From NCBI GenBank assembly GCA_012521015.1, contig JAAYNE010000149.1, positions 228 through 64,227 of the forward strand: 64,000 bases of DNA, read 5' to 3'. Source of the stretch: Clostridiaceae bacterium (lineage in GTDB: Bacteria > Bacillota > Clostridia > Saccharofermentanales > DTU023). Of the stretch, positions 29,046-39,548 are shown one piece after another; the first letter of the stretch is position 1, and the number at the start of each line of letters is the position of its first letter. The position numbers were made by a program, and so were the translations under genes. The notes under the pieces are model-generated. The model saw nothing but the letters and a program-made list of their open reading frames with translations, made no database searches and was not told where the DNA came from.

Positions 29046-29979
29046 GCAAAAATTAAGAGAAGTTTTTTCGAATAAAATCTTAGAGGAAGCAAAAAAAGAT
29101 TCATCAATCTTTGTAGTATGTACCGATTCAAGAGGATCAGCAATGATTGGTGATTTTGCAGAAAAACTTCCAAAGCAATTTGTGGAAGTAGGCATTGCAG
29201 AGCAGAACGCAGTATCGCTTGCTTCTGGTTTAGCTCATGTCGGCAAAAAAGTTTATGTAGTAGGACCAGCAAGTTTTTATAGCACACGTGCTTCCGAACA
29301 GATAAAGGTTGATGTTGCCTACTCAAATAATAATGTAAAAATAATTGGAATAAGCGGAGGTATAAGTTATGGAAATTTAGGTGCAACTCACCATTCTCTT
29401 CAAGATATTGCTTTCATGCGATCTGTACCAAATCTAGATGTAATTATTCCTAGTGATGCCAATCAAATGAGAAGTATAGTGGATGATTTGCTAAGAAACG
29501 AGAAACCTACCTATGTAAGAGTAGGGCGAGGAGCAGTTTCTACTATATATAATCAGAATGAAACTTTTGAAATAGGAAAATCAAGAGTACTGAGAAGAGG
29601 AAGTGATATAGCTATATTTGTTTGTGGGCAATTGCTAGAGAGGGCTTTAGGAGTTGCTGATTTATTAAAAAATAAAGGATATGATGCAACCGTTATTGAT
29701 GTTTTTACTATTAAACCCATCGACAAAAATACTATCTTGCAATATTCCAAAATGTGTGGTGTAGGTATGACAATTGAAGAACATAGTATATATGGTGGTC
29801 TTGGTGGTGCAATAGCTGAAATTTTAATTCAAGAGAATCCAATACCCTTGTATATTGCAGGATTACCTGATCGAGAATTACCAAATGGTACAGATGTTGA
29901 AGTATTTAACGCAGTTGGTCTAACGATACAAGAGCTAACGAATAAAGCCATAACTATGATTAAGCATAAGAAGGAGTGA
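29038..29979 (+). CDS. Transketolase, C-terminal (pyrimidine-binding) subunit
   Basis: 313 aa with VGIAEQNAVSLASGLA. It overlaps the N-terminal subunit gene by 8 nt. Confidence 0.9.
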   Translation: MGKQKLREVFSNKILEEAKKDSSIFVVCTDSRGSAMIGDFAEKLPKQFVEVGIAEQNAVSLASGLAHVGKKVYVVGPASFYSTRASEQIKVDVAYSNNNVKIIGISGGISYGNLGATHHSLQDIAFMRSVPNLDVIIPSDANQMRSIVDDLLRNEKPTYVRVGRGAVSTIYNQNETFEIGKSRVLRRGSDIAIFVCGQLLERALGVADLLKNKGYDATVIDVFTIKPIDKNTILQYSKMCGVGMTIEEHSIYGGLGGAIAEILIQENPIPLYIAGLPDRELPNGTDVEVFNAVGLTIQELTNKAITMIKHKKE

Positions 29980-29983
29980 GTCA

Positions 29984-31462
29984 ATGTCAGAATATGTTCT
30001 AGGTATAGATCAAAGTACACAAGGGACAAAGGTGATCCTAGTTAATAGCAACGGTGAGCTGATGGATGTAATTAGTAAAAATCATCGACAAATTGTAACT
30101 CGCGAGGGTTGGGTAGAACACGATCCGGAGGAGATTTATTCTAATCTTTTAGAATTAATTAATGTAATGTTATTAAAATATAATTCTATAAAAGATGATA
30201 TAAAGGTCGTTGGACTATGTAATCAAAGAGAAACGGTAGTGGCCTGGAACAGGAATTCAGGTAGACCTCTCTTTAATGCTGTTGTGTGGCAATGTGGACG
30301 AGCACAAAAAATTACTGATAGAATCATAGAAAACAAATTGGGTGATGTCATTAAAAGAAAAACAGGAGTCCCTGTGTCACCTTTTTACTCAGCTGCAAAA
30401 ATATCATGGTTAATAGAATATGTAGACGAAATAAGGGAGAAAAAAGACTCTAATAAAATATGTTTTTCTACTGTGGATACTTGGCTTATATTTAAATTGT
30501 GTGGAGGAAATCCGAAAACTGATTTTTCAAATGCTGCAAGAACACAATTGTTTAATATACATGACCTCTCTTGGGATCAAGAAATATGTGATATTTTTAA
30601 TATTCCTCTTAATTCTCTGCCTGAAGTATTTCCTTCAGATTCGATATTTGGATATACAGACTTTGAGGGGATGTTGACGAATAAAATACCTATTCATGCA
30701 GTTTTAGGTGATTCCAATGGGGCAATGTATGCCCAAGAGTGCCATAATAAAGGAGATGTTAAAGCGACGTACGGTACGGGTTCTTCCGTAATGATGAATA
30801 TTGCTAACGACCCAATATTGAGTGATGAAGGGATTGTAACATCATTGGGTTGGTATACAAATAATAAGCCTACTTATGTGTTTGAGGGAAATATAAACTA
30901 TGCAGGAGCTGTTACACAATGGCTTGTTGATAAGGTTAAGTTGCTTGATAATGCCTCTGATGCAGGAACTATTGCTAACAATGCAAAAGATATAAGTGGT
31001 CTATACTTAATTCCGGCATTTACGGGATTAGGAGCTCCATACTGGAAGAACGATGCTAGAGCTATGATATATGGAATGGATAGGAATACGGGTTACGCAG
31101 AAATCATTAGAGCTAGCGAAGAATGTATCGCTTATCAAATTCACGATATTATCAAAATTATGGAGATGGAAATTAGTGAACCTATTCGAGAACTTCGAGT
31201 TGATGGTGCTCCGACAAGAGATAAGTTCTTAATGCAATTTCAGTCGGATATTTTGAACTCTGATGTAAAAACTTCTAAAATTACTGAACTTTCAGGTTTT
31301 GGAGCTGCTTTAATGGCTGGAGTTGGTTCTGGAGTAATGGATAAAAGTAGCACGTTAAATAAGAAATTTTCTATAGTTTATACACCTGGCATGGATAATG
31401 AAACTAGGCTGAATAAGATAAAGGGTTGGAAGGTAGCCTTAAATTTATTATTGCAAGAATGA
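29984..31462 (+). CDS. FGGY-family carbohydrate kinase (glycerol/xylulose-kinase-like)
   Basis: 492 aa. It shows LGIDQSTQGTK, WVEHDPEEI, NQRETVVAW and a C-terminal GAPTRDKFLMQFQSD. Confidence 0.85.
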   Translation: MSEYVLGIDQSTQGTKVILVNSNGELMDVISKNHRQIVTREGWVEHDPEEIYSNLLELINVMLLKYNSIKDDIKVVGLCNQRETVVAWNRNSGRPLFNAVVWQCGRAQKITDRIIENKLGDVIKRKTGVPVSPFYSAAKISWLIEYVDEIREKKDSNKICFSTVDTWLIFKLCGGNPKTDFSNAARTQLFNIHDLSWDQEICDIFNIPLNSLPEVFPSDSIFGYTDFEGMLTNKIPIHAVLGDSNGAMYAQECHNKGDVKATYGTGSSVMMNIANDPILSDEGIVTSLGWYTNNKPTYVFEGNINYAGAVTQWLVDKVKLLDNASDAGTIANNAKDISGLYLIPAFTGLGAPYWKNDARAMIYGMDRNTGYAEIIRASEECIAYQIHDIIKIMEMEISEPIRELRVDGAPTRDKFLMQFQSDILNSDVKTSKITELSGFGAALMAGVGSGVMDKSSTLNKKFSIVYTPGMDNETRLNKIKGWKVALNLLLQE

Positions 31463-31568
31463 AAAAATGAATGTTATAAAACGCACAAGAAAATGCATTT
31501 TTTAGATTGTAGAATCGTCAATTGCACTATACAATACGCAGATAGACATTAAAAAAAAAGAGGAGATT

Positions 31569-33092
31569 ATGGAACCTAGAACGGTATTAAAAATAGAAAA
31601 CATATCAAAGTCATTTACTTTAACGAGGGCTGTACATGATTTTTCTTTTGAACTATGTTCTGGAACAATTCATGGGCTCATTGGAGAGAATGGTTCTGGC
31701 AAAAGTACACTAGCTTCGATTATCGCAGGTATATTAGAACCGGATAGTGGAAAAATGTTTTTAAACAATAATCTCTATAATCCGAAATCTGCATATGATG
31801 CATCAGAAAAAAAAGTTACTATGGTCGTCCAGGAAGTTGGTACAATTGATGGTATTTCAGTTGCTTCAAATATATTCCTGAATAAGGAATCTCAGTTTCA
31901 AAAATTAGGTTTAATTAATTTTAAAAAAATGTATAAAGCTGCCGAGCAAGTTTTGGATGAATTAGGTATTAAGCATATTTTACCCAACGAACTAACATCA
32001 GGTTTAAATTTTGAGGATAGGAAACTGGTTGAAATCGCAAAGGCTCTGGTAAGCAAGCCGGAGATTTTAATAATTGATGAAACTTCGAATGCCCTAAGTT
32101 CTAAGGCTCGAAAAATATTATATGAAATTATTGAAACTGTAAAAACAAGCGGTGGTTCTGTACTATTTATAACTCATGATTTGAATGAGTTAGTTGATAT
32201 ATGTGATCTTGTAACGATAATGCGTGATGGAGAGTATGTTGAAACTTTGGAAGGTTCTGAAATGGATATATCAGTGATGAAAAAGCTGATGGTTGGGAGA
32301 GAAATTTACGATGAATATTATAGAAAAGACGCAATACTCAACAATGCAAACCAAAAAAATAAAAGACCTATTTTGCGGGCAAGCAAATTGTTTTCACCTG
32401 AATTACGAGACATAAGTTTTGAACTATATCAAGGAGAAATTTTAGGTATCGGTGGCCTTTCTGAAAGTGGTATGCATGAATTAGGACAATTACTTTTTGG
32501 TCTGGAGAAACCGGATAGTGGTAGTGTAGAGGTCTATGTTCCGGAAAAACAAGAAATGAGCTTGATTAAAAATTCTGCGGATGCTGTTAATAAGGGTATG
32601 GGTTATATGTCCAAAAACAGGGATAGAGAATCTTTAATTCTTGAGTTAAGTATTAAGGAAAACATCTGCCTTCCTTACTTGAGACATTTTGAGAGATTGG
32701 GTCTAGTAAGCAAGAAGAGAGAAGAGGATCATTCAATAAATTTATGTGAGCAATTTAGTATAAAGATGGAGAGCATTGACCAATACTGCAATCAGTTATC
32801 TGGTGGAAATAAACAAAAAGTTGTTTTCGCAAAATGGATAGGTTGTGACTCTGATATTTTTATAATGGACTGCCCAACTAGAGGAATTGATGTTGGTGTA
32901 AAAGAAAATATCTATAATCTTATGATGGAACTTAAGTTAGAAGGAAAGTCAATAGTCATGATATCCGAGGAATTGACAGAGATAATTGGTATGAGTGATC
33001 GTGTGCTGATTTTAAAAAATGGCGGAATTTCAGTAGAAGTCAAGAGGGAAAGTAATTTAACAGAGCAATATTTAATTGAGTATATGATTTAA
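31569..33092 (+). CDS. Sugar ABC transporter ATP-binding protein (duplicated ATPase, RbsA/MglA-like)
   Basis: 507 aa with two ABC cassettes. These show GENGSGKST, LIIDETSNAL, LSGGNKQK and FIMDCPTRGIDV. Confidence 0.9.
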   Translation: MEPRTVLKIENISKSFTLTRAVHDFSFELCSGTIHGLIGENGSGKSTLASIIAGILEPDSGKMFLNNNLYNPKSAYDASEKKVTMVVQEVGTIDGISVASNIFLNKESQFQKLGLINFKKMYKAAEQVLDELGIKHILPNELTSGLNFEDRKLVEIAKALVSKPEILIIDETSNALSSKARKILYEIIETVKTSGGSVLFITHDLNELVDICDLVTIMRDGEYVETLEGSEMDISVMKKLMVGREIYDEYYRKDAILNNANQKNKRPILRASKLFSPELRDISFELYQGEILGIGGLSESGMHELGQLLFGLEKPDSGSVEVYVPEKQEMSLIKNSADAVNKGMGYMSKNRDRESLILELSIKENICLPYLRHFERLGLVSKKREEDHSINLCEQFSIKMESIDQYCNQLSGGNKQKVVFAKWIGCDSDIFIMDCPTRGIDVGVKENIYNLMMELKLEGKSIVMISEELTEIIGMSDRVLILKNGGISVEVKRESNLTEQYLIEYMI

Positions 33093-33117
33093 GATTTTTG
33101 ACGTTAGGGAAAATTCT

Positions 33118-34083
33118 ATGGAAACAAACAGAAATTCAAACATTATTAAGTTAAAACAGAATCTAAAGTATAGAAATATTCTAATTGATGCTTTTCCTTT
33201 ACTGGGATTAATTATCATAATCTTATTTTTTACAATTATAACAAGTGGGAATTTGCTTACGTTAAATAATCTTAAAATAATCTTGAATCAGATGTTTTTA
33301 TATTTAATTGGTGGTTTAGGCTCCGTATATTTATATGCGCAGGGAGGAATAGATGTAAGCATGGCCTCAAATATAGGCTTTTCTGCAATTTTAGGCGTTC
33401 GAATTATGTATCAACATGTAGGTATAGGTATAATAGCCACCTTACTTATAGGTTCATCAATAGGACTTCTCATGGGGATAATATATGCTTATGCAGGCAT
33501 TCCAGTATTCATTCAGGGGTTGGCCATGGACTTCTTATTAAAAGGGACGTTGTATCCGTTGAGTGGTTTTAAGGCTTCAATACCGGTACCTGATAGATTA
33601 TTGAAATTTGATAACAAATATTTCGCGTGGATATTCTTATTGATTATATTTATTTTCATTTTTTTCACGTATAACTTTTCTAGATTCGGAAAAGAATGTA
33701 GATCCATTGGTGCTGGAGAGATTGCTTCTATACAATCTGGTATAAAAGTTAAGAAAAACAAAGTTTTGGCGTTTTTCATATCGGGTTTAACGTGTGGCAT
33801 TGTTGCAGTTTATACTTTGATACGAACTGGTTCTGCTAGTCAATCCACTGGCTTGGGCTTCAACTTTAATGTAATGTTAAGCCTCGTTTTAGGAGGATGT
33901 GTGCTGGGAGGTGGAAATGGTGTAAAAGTTAGAAATGCTGTCATTGGTGCAGTGACATTTGTTGTTTTACAAAATGGTTTAGTTCTGTGTGGTGCTAGCG
34001 CGAGAGCACAGGACATAGTCAAGGGGATTTTGTTTGTCCTGATGATTGTTTTTACATCTAAAATGTATGAAAGAAAAGTGTGA
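33118..34083 (+). CDS. Sugar ABC transporter permease (RbsC-like)
   Basis: 321 aa and polytopic. It lies in the operon between the ATPase and the binding protein. Confidence 0.8.
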   Translation: METNRNSNIIKLKQNLKYRNILIDAFPLLGLIIIILFFTIITSGNLLTLNNLKIILNQMFLYLIGGLGSVYLYAQGGIDVSMASNIGFSAILGVRIMYQHVGIGIIATLLIGSSIGLLMGIIYAYAGIPVFIQGLAMDFLLKGTLYPLSGFKASIPVPDRLLKFDNKYFAWIFLLIIFIFIFFTYNFSRFGKECRSIGAGEIASIQSGIKVKKNKVLAFFISGLTCGIVAVYTLIRTGSASQSTGLGFNFNVMLSLVLGGCVLGGGNGVKVRNAVIGAVTFVVLQNGLVLCGASARAQDIVKGILFVLMIVFTSKMYERKV

Positions 34084-34104
34084 AAAATAAAAAAGGAGGA
34101 AAAA

Positions 34105-35394
34105 ATGAAAAAGTCTTTGTTAACAAAAATTGTAGCACTGTTGTTGCTAAGTATTATGGTTTTGGGAATTGCTGCATGTGGTAGTTCTAAAAAAACCGAA
34201 GATGCGAAAGACACTAAAGAAGAAAAAGCAGAAAAAACAGAAAAAGAAAAAGTTGAAGAAGAAAAAGTTGAAGAAGAAAAAGTTGAAGACAATAAGGACA
34301 GCATTAGTGAAAAAGAGGATGATTCTTCGAATGGTTCTGGAGAATTAAAGGCTTTTAAATTAGGCATGATGGATCCTGGTGCATGGAATGCAACATCTGG
34401 ACCGCTTTATGCTCAAATGGAATTAGCTGCAGAAACTTTGAATGTAGAATTAGTTTATGCAGGTTATGATACTAATTCTGCTGAAGGACATATTGCTGCA
34501 GTTCAAAATTTAATCTCATCAGGTGTAGATGCAATTATTCTGCTAAATGGACCTTTAATTCACGGCATAATACCACAAATTGCGGAAATATGTGATGAAG
34601 CAGAAGTTTATTGGTCTTTGTCTTGGACAAAACTTATAGAAGGTAATAATGACTACAACGCTGCGGTAAATTCAGATTATTTTGTATCTACGACGTATGA
34701 GAATGATGTTTATTCAGCAAATTGGTGTACATCAATTCTTGGCGAAAAAGGTGTAAAAAATATTGCTGAGATTGGCTTTGAAGCCGGCAATGCAACTGGA
34801 GATATGAGAGATCAAGGAATTCAAGAAGGACTTGAAGAGTATGACATGATTCTTCTGGGAGAGGAAAGAGATATAACGCTTACAATGTCCAGTGATGGAG
34901 GAAAAACCATTATGGAACGATTCATCAACAGCTATCCTGAGATGGATGGATTAATTATTGCAGGAATGTCTCAGTTTGTTCTTTCAGGAGTGGTTTCTGC
35001 GATGGAAGCAAATGGTGTTGAGGATAAGATTTCGCTTTCATGTATTGATTTTCATGAATTTCAAACAGATTATTTAAAAAGTGGAATATTAGATGGCATC
35101 ATTGGTGGTCACGTTGTAGGACCTTTTTACAGTCTGATATTGATTGCAAATATTATGAATGGAACTCCACTAACTGAAGATAAAGTTATAGTTGAAGATA
35201 AATTCATTGAACTGTCGAGTCATGAAGATGCACTAATTTGGGATGAGTATGGCAATACCGGTAATATTTATAGTTCTGATGAGATTGAGCAAATGATGGT
35301 AGTAAATAACCCAGATTATACGATAGATGATTTTATGAAGATGATAGAAGATTACTCATTAGAAGATATTGTTTCAAGAGCAGAAGGAAATTAA
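34105..35394 (+). CDS. ABC transporter substrate-binding lipoprotein (periplasmic-binding-protein type I-like) with an E/K-rich linker
   Basis: 429 aa. The signal peptide carries the lipobox LGIAAC. A 15-bp repeat, gaagaaaaagttgaa x3, encodes EEKVE x3. The mature domain has PBP-like alternating patterns. Confidence 0.75.
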   Translation: MKKSLLTKIVALLLLSIMVLGIAACGSSKKTEDAKDTKEEKAEKTEKEKVEEEKVEEEKVEDNKDSISEKEDDSSNGSGELKAFKLGMMDPGAWNATSGPLYAQMELAAETLNVELVYAGYDTNSAEGHIAAVQNLISSGVDAIILLNGPLIHGIIPQIAEICDEAEVYWSLSWTKLIEGNNDYNAAVNSDYFVSTTYENDVYSANWCTSILGEKGVKNIAEIGFEAGNATGDMRDQGIQEGLEEYDMILLGEERDITLTMSSDGGKTIMERFINSYPEMDGLIIAGMSQFVLSGVVSAMEANGVEDKISLSCIDFHEFQTDYLKSGILDGIIGGHVVGPFYSLILIANIMNGTPLTEDKVIVEDKFIELSSHEDALIWDEYGNTGNIYSSDEIEQMMVVNNPDYTIDDFMKMIEDYSLEDIVSRAEGN

Positions 35395-35440
35395 TAGTAT
35401 CTTTATAAACGTGAAACGTGCGATTTTTTAGTATCCTAGT

Positions 35441-36454
35441 GTGAAGAAAAATCGCACAAATGAAAGTTTTGTATACATTATGAGGGAAATTTTAAAAAAA
35501 TTAGCAAATATTTTGGTAATACCGGTTTTAGTGTATTTGATTTTTAGTATCGTCCGTCCGGAAGTTTTTTTAAATATTAATACACTTAAGTCAATTTTTT
35601 TACAGTCTTGTGTAACATTGGTTTTTACTTGGGGTGTGTCTTTCATACAGATTGTTGGAATACTAGATTTTTCTGTAGCAGCTGAAAGAATACTTGGTAG
35701 CGTAATAGGTGTTCTTTTATCTAGATTTATGGGGATTTTAGGATTGATAATTGGATGTATATGCACTTCTTTAGCCATAGGATTGCTGAAAGCATTATTG
35801 AATAAATTTATTAGGATGAAATCCATTGTTATTACTATTGCCTATACAATGATACTTGGTTCACTAGGTGCTTTAGTTCAAGGTCAAAGTTCTATGATTT
35901 TAATTAGTGAAGCTTGCAAATTAGGACAGGAACCATTTATATGGATAATTACTATTTTTGTGGGCGTTTTTGCTTACATATTACATAATAGCTATAGATA
36001 TACTTCTCTAGCTAGAGCTCTAGGTAGTAATGAAAAGTTGACCTCTGAATCAGGGGTTTCAATTGCAAAGACAGAAGGAATAATGATTTCTATCTGTTCG
36101 TTTTTTGTTGGAATTTCTGGTATTTTAGCAACTAGTTATGGTGCGGGAACTGCTGCAATGGCAGGCTTAGAGTCAATGAGTCTGGTTTTTCCGGCAGTTA
36201 TTGGATATCAAATTGGTAAATTGTTAGAGAGAAGGGTAAATATTGTTCTTGGTTGCATTATCGGTATTTTTACAATGAATACTTTAGCAACAGGTCTCAT
36301 TTCTTTGAGTATACCCTCACAATTAAAGGATACAGTCACAGGGGCGTTTTTATTAATATTACTAATATCCTCATCATATCTTGACAGGAGAAAAGTACAA
36401 TTATTGAGGCGTCAAGCAAGTGAAAATAGATTTAATGAAAAAAGTTACACTTAA
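35441..36454 (+). CDS. Second sugar ABC transporter permease
   Basis: 337 aa and polytopic, with a GTG start (an alternative ATG lies about 13 codons downstream). Confidence 0.75.
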   Translation: MKKNRTNESFVYIMREILKKLANILVIPVLVYLIFSIVRPEVFLNINTLKSIFLQSCVTLVFTWGVSFIQIVGILDFSVAAERILGSVIGVLLSRFMGILGLIIGCICTSLAIGLLKALLNKFIRMKSIVITIAYTMILGSLGALVQGQSSMILISEACKLGQEPFIWIITIFVGVFAYILHNSYRYTSLARALGSNEKLTSESGVSIAKTEGIMISICSFFVGISGILATSYGAGTAAMAGLESMSLVFPAVIGYQIGKLLERRVNIVLGCIIGIFTMNTLATGLISLSIPSQLKDTVTGAFLLILLISSSYLDRRKVQLLRRQASENRFNEKSYT

Positions 36455-36560
36455 AAGCAAACGTATTATAACTATATTTATAAAAAAATTAAATCAGCCA
36501 AAATAAGTTTGATAAAAAAGGGTTAAATTTATTAATAATAATATAGAAAGGGAAATTATT

Positions 36561-37538
36561 ATGTCATTAAGAAAAGCACCATATGTTGTTCCGAGAGAGA
36601 AAAAAGTAAGAGTAATTATTGATACAGATTGTCATTGTGAAGCAGATGATCAGTTTGCAGTTGCCCACCAATTAATGACTCCGAAACTTGATGTAGTTGG
36701 TATAAATGCGACTCATTATGCCACTAGATTTGGAGCTAAGTCAGTAGAAGAATCTATGTTGAAAAGCTATGATGAAGCCTTGAAAGTGGTTAGTTTAATG
36801 GGCTTAAGTGATGAGTATACTGTTTATAAAGGATGCAAAGAACAGTTGAAAGATGAAATAAGTTTTGTTGACTCCGATGCTTCTCGATTTATTGTTGAAG
36901 AATCTTTGCGGGATGATGAAAGACCTTTATTTATAACTGTTCAGGGTGCACTAACAAACGTTGCTTCTGCATATTTGATGAATCCCAAAATAGCAGATAA
37001 ATTTACTATCATTTGGATTGGTGGGGGAGAATATCCAAAAGGGGGAGTTGAGTTCAACACAGACAATGATATTAATGCAGCCAATGTGATAATGGATTCT
37101 CCTATAGAGCTTTGGCAGGTTCCTGTTTCAGTATATAGAATGATGAAAGTCAGTTTTGCAACTCTCTACGATAGAGTATATCCATATGGAGATATTGGTA
37201 AGTATTTAGTTGAATATATGATGGAATTTAACAATACGATGATAGAGTTTGTAGCTAGCATAGGTCAATGGTTCCCAGAAGATATGAGTGAACCAGCAAA
37301 GAGGGCGAAATATCCTGCAGGGGAAAGCTGGCAATTAGGTGATAACCCAGTTGTTGGACTTCTACTAACAGACCATGAGGGACATTTCACGGTTGAGGGA
37401 GCTCCCAGATTTAACACAGAAACTTGTGAATACTTATTACGTCCTGCAAATCCTCGTAAAATTAGAGTATATAACTACATTGATAATCACTTTATTCTTG
37501 AAGACTTTTTTGCAAAGATTAAATATTATTATGGATAG
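36561..37538 (+). CDS. Nucleoside-hydrolase-fold protein (inosine/uridine-preferring hydrolase-like)
   Basis: 325 aa. The N-terminal VIIDTDCHCEADDQFAVAH resembles the DTDxxxDD Ca/ribose-binding motif of the IU-nucleoside hydrolase family. The substrate is unknown. Confidence 0.6.
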   Translation: MSLRKAPYVVPREKKVRVIIDTDCHCEADDQFAVAHQLMTPKLDVVGINATHYATRFGAKSVEESMLKSYDEALKVVSLMGLSDEYTVYKGCKEQLKDEISFVDSDASRFIVEESLRDDERPLFITVQGALTNVASAYLMNPKIADKFTIIWIGGGEYPKGGVEFNTDNDINAANVIMDSPIELWQVPVSVYRMMKVSFATLYDRVYPYGDIGKYLVEYMMEFNNTMIEFVASIGQWFPEDMSEPAKRAKYPAGESWQLGDNPVVGLLLTDHEGHFTVEGAPRFNTETCEYLLRPANPRKIRVYNYIDNHFILEDFFAKIKYYYG

Positions 37539-37678
37539 AATAGTATAGTTATGTAAAATTATATTTTAATAATGGTTAAGTAAAGTTACTATAGCAAATA
37601 TATTCCTCAAAGATAGTCATATAAATTACAAATAACATTTTAATTCAAGAAAATAGTTTTTGAAAGGAAGTCAATTAA

Positions 37679-39076
37679 ATGAAGAAATTGAAAATCGGAT
37701 TTGCACCGACTAGGAGAAGTATCTTTAGTGCTCCTGATGCGATAAAGTTTGCGAACTTAACAAGGAAAAAACTTGATGAGTTAAATGTTGATTATGTAGA
37801 TATTAATGACATTAATGAAGAAGGTTTGCTTTATAACGAGGAAGATCGTATTAGGGTTTTAGAAAAATTTAAAAAAGATAATGTAAAAGGGTTATTTATA
37901 CCACATTGTAATTTTGGAACTGAGTACATCGTGTCAAGATTAGCAAAAGATTTAGATGTACCAGTTCTCTTGTGGGGACCACTTGATGAAAGACCAGAGG
38001 ATAATGGGGTAAGGTTACGAGATACACAGTGCGGCTTGTTTGCTACAGGTAAAGTCTTAAGACGTTTTGATGTAAAATTTACCTATGTAAGTAATTGTCG
38101 TTTAGAAGATGATATTTTTAAACGAGGATTATTTGATTTTTTGGCAGTTTGTAATGTCGTTGATGTTTTTCGCAATATTCGAATTTTACAGATGGGACCT
38201 AGACCGTTTGATTTTTGGTCTACGATGTTTAATGAAGGAGAGTTATTAGAAAAATTCAATATTCAGTTGGCGCCAGTGCCATTATCAGAATTGGTAAATT
38301 TAACAAAAAAACTTAAGAGGACATCTAAAGCCAAAGATATGGAGCAATGGTATAAGGAAAAAATGATTATTAACATGAATGATGATCAGTTAAATACTAT
38401 TGCGGCCCTTACTTTGGCTATGGAAAAGCTTTTAGAGAATTATCATTGCAATGCTGGTGCTGTTCAATGTTGGAATGCCCTGCAAGATGAGCTGGGGATA
38501 ATGCCGTGTGCAGCCAACGCAGTTCTTGCTGATAAGGGATATCCAATAGTTTGTGAAACTGATATACACGGAGCTATAACTTCTTTACTGGTTGAAGCTG
38601 CAACTTTGGATGATACAGTTAGCTTTTTTGCAGACTGGACTGTCCGTCATCCTGACAATCCTAATGGTGAACTTTTGCAGCATTGTGGTTTATGGCCTAT
38701 AAGTGTTGCTGCAGAAAAACCTGAAATTACAATTCCCTTAGCATTTGAATATCCGGGTTCTCTCAAAGCTAAAGCAAAAGGTGGATACCTTACTCTTGCT
38801 AGATTTGACGGAGATCATGGTGAATATTCTCTGTTGTTGGGGAATGCAAAAGTTGTAGAGGGGCCTTACACAATGGGAACTTATGCATGGATAGAGGTTG
38901 AAAACATTAAGCGTCTTGAAGCAAAAATTGTGGAGGGTCCATACATACATCATTGTACGGGCATCCATAAAGATGTTGTTCCCGTTCTGTATGAATCATG
39001 TAAATATATAGGAATAAGACCGGATCTATACGATGACAATGAAGAAGAAATTAGGGCTTATCTTAGAGGTGAATAA
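37679..39076 (+). CDS. L-fucose/L-arabinose isomerase-family sugar isomerase
   Basis: 465 aa. The FucI-family N-terminal pattern KIGFAPTRR...FIPHCNFGTE...LLWGP is present, with a C-terminal catalytic-domain-like region. Confidence 0.7.
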   Translation: MKKLKIGFAPTRRSIFSAPDAIKFANLTRKKLDELNVDYVDINDINEEGLLYNEEDRIRVLEKFKKDNVKGLFIPHCNFGTEYIVSRLAKDLDVPVLLWGPLDERPEDNGVRLRDTQCGLFATGKVLRRFDVKFTYVSNCRLEDDIFKRGLFDFLAVCNVVDVFRNIRILQMGPRPFDFWSTMFNEGELLEKFNIQLAPVPLSELVNLTKKLKRTSKAKDMEQWYKEKMIINMNDDQLNTIAALTLAMEKLLENYHCNAGAVQCWNALQDELGIMPCAANAVLADKGYPIVCETDIHGAITSLLVEAATLDDTVSFFADWTVRHPDNPNGELLQHCGLWPISVAAEKPEITIPLAFEYPGSLKAKAKGGYLTLARFDGDHGEYSLLLGNAKVVEGPYTMGTYAWIEVENIKRLEAKIVEGPYIHHCTGIHKDVVPVLYESCKYIGIRPDLYDDNEEEIRAYLRGE

Positions 39077-39449
39077 AATAGCGTAATCACATAATACGAG
39101 ACTAACTATTAAGGAAAGTCAATAAAAAAAGTAAAAATGCAAAAAGATTTAGAAGCGAAATAACGTCAGATGCGTTGTTAATGAGCTTAGATGATTGCAT
39201 AACGAATAGAACGCAGTAAAAGTTATGAGAAGGGGGGTATGGACATTTCTTGGACTGTCTAAGAGGCTGTGTAGAAAAATTTCTGCAAATTCCAGTTTTC
39301 TGTCATTAGGTATTGTTTTTATACTTGGAAATAAGATTAGATTTCTTACTTCCAAGTGTTTTTATTTAAGTATCAATAAATATTCTGTGCAAATCTGTAA
39401 ATTTTTAAAAATGAACACGGTAAATAAAGCTTATGTAATTTTTAATTTT

Positions 39450-39548
39450 TTAATAAGTTTTATTACCAGTCATAATTTTCAGTTCGACAATAATCCTTCC
39501 CCAGTTTCTTTGAGGCATAGTCCATTTCTTGGTGGTAAGCGTCAAATC
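39450..39548 (-). pseudogene. 3' tail of an IS256-family (Mutator-type) transposase gene
   Basis: The minus-strand translation ...LDLTLTTKKWTMPQRNWGRIIVELKIMTGNKTY* matches the characteristic KKWTMPxRNW C-terminal motif of IS256 transposases. It is fused in frame to the IS66 fragment. Confidence 0.5.

Noticed and set aside
33840-35826. Minus-strand ORFs 33840-34367 and 35428-35826
   Set aside because: They are antisense shadows of the permease, SBP and second permease genes. The 33840 ORF is kept open by the GAA/AAA-rich linker repeat on the other strand.
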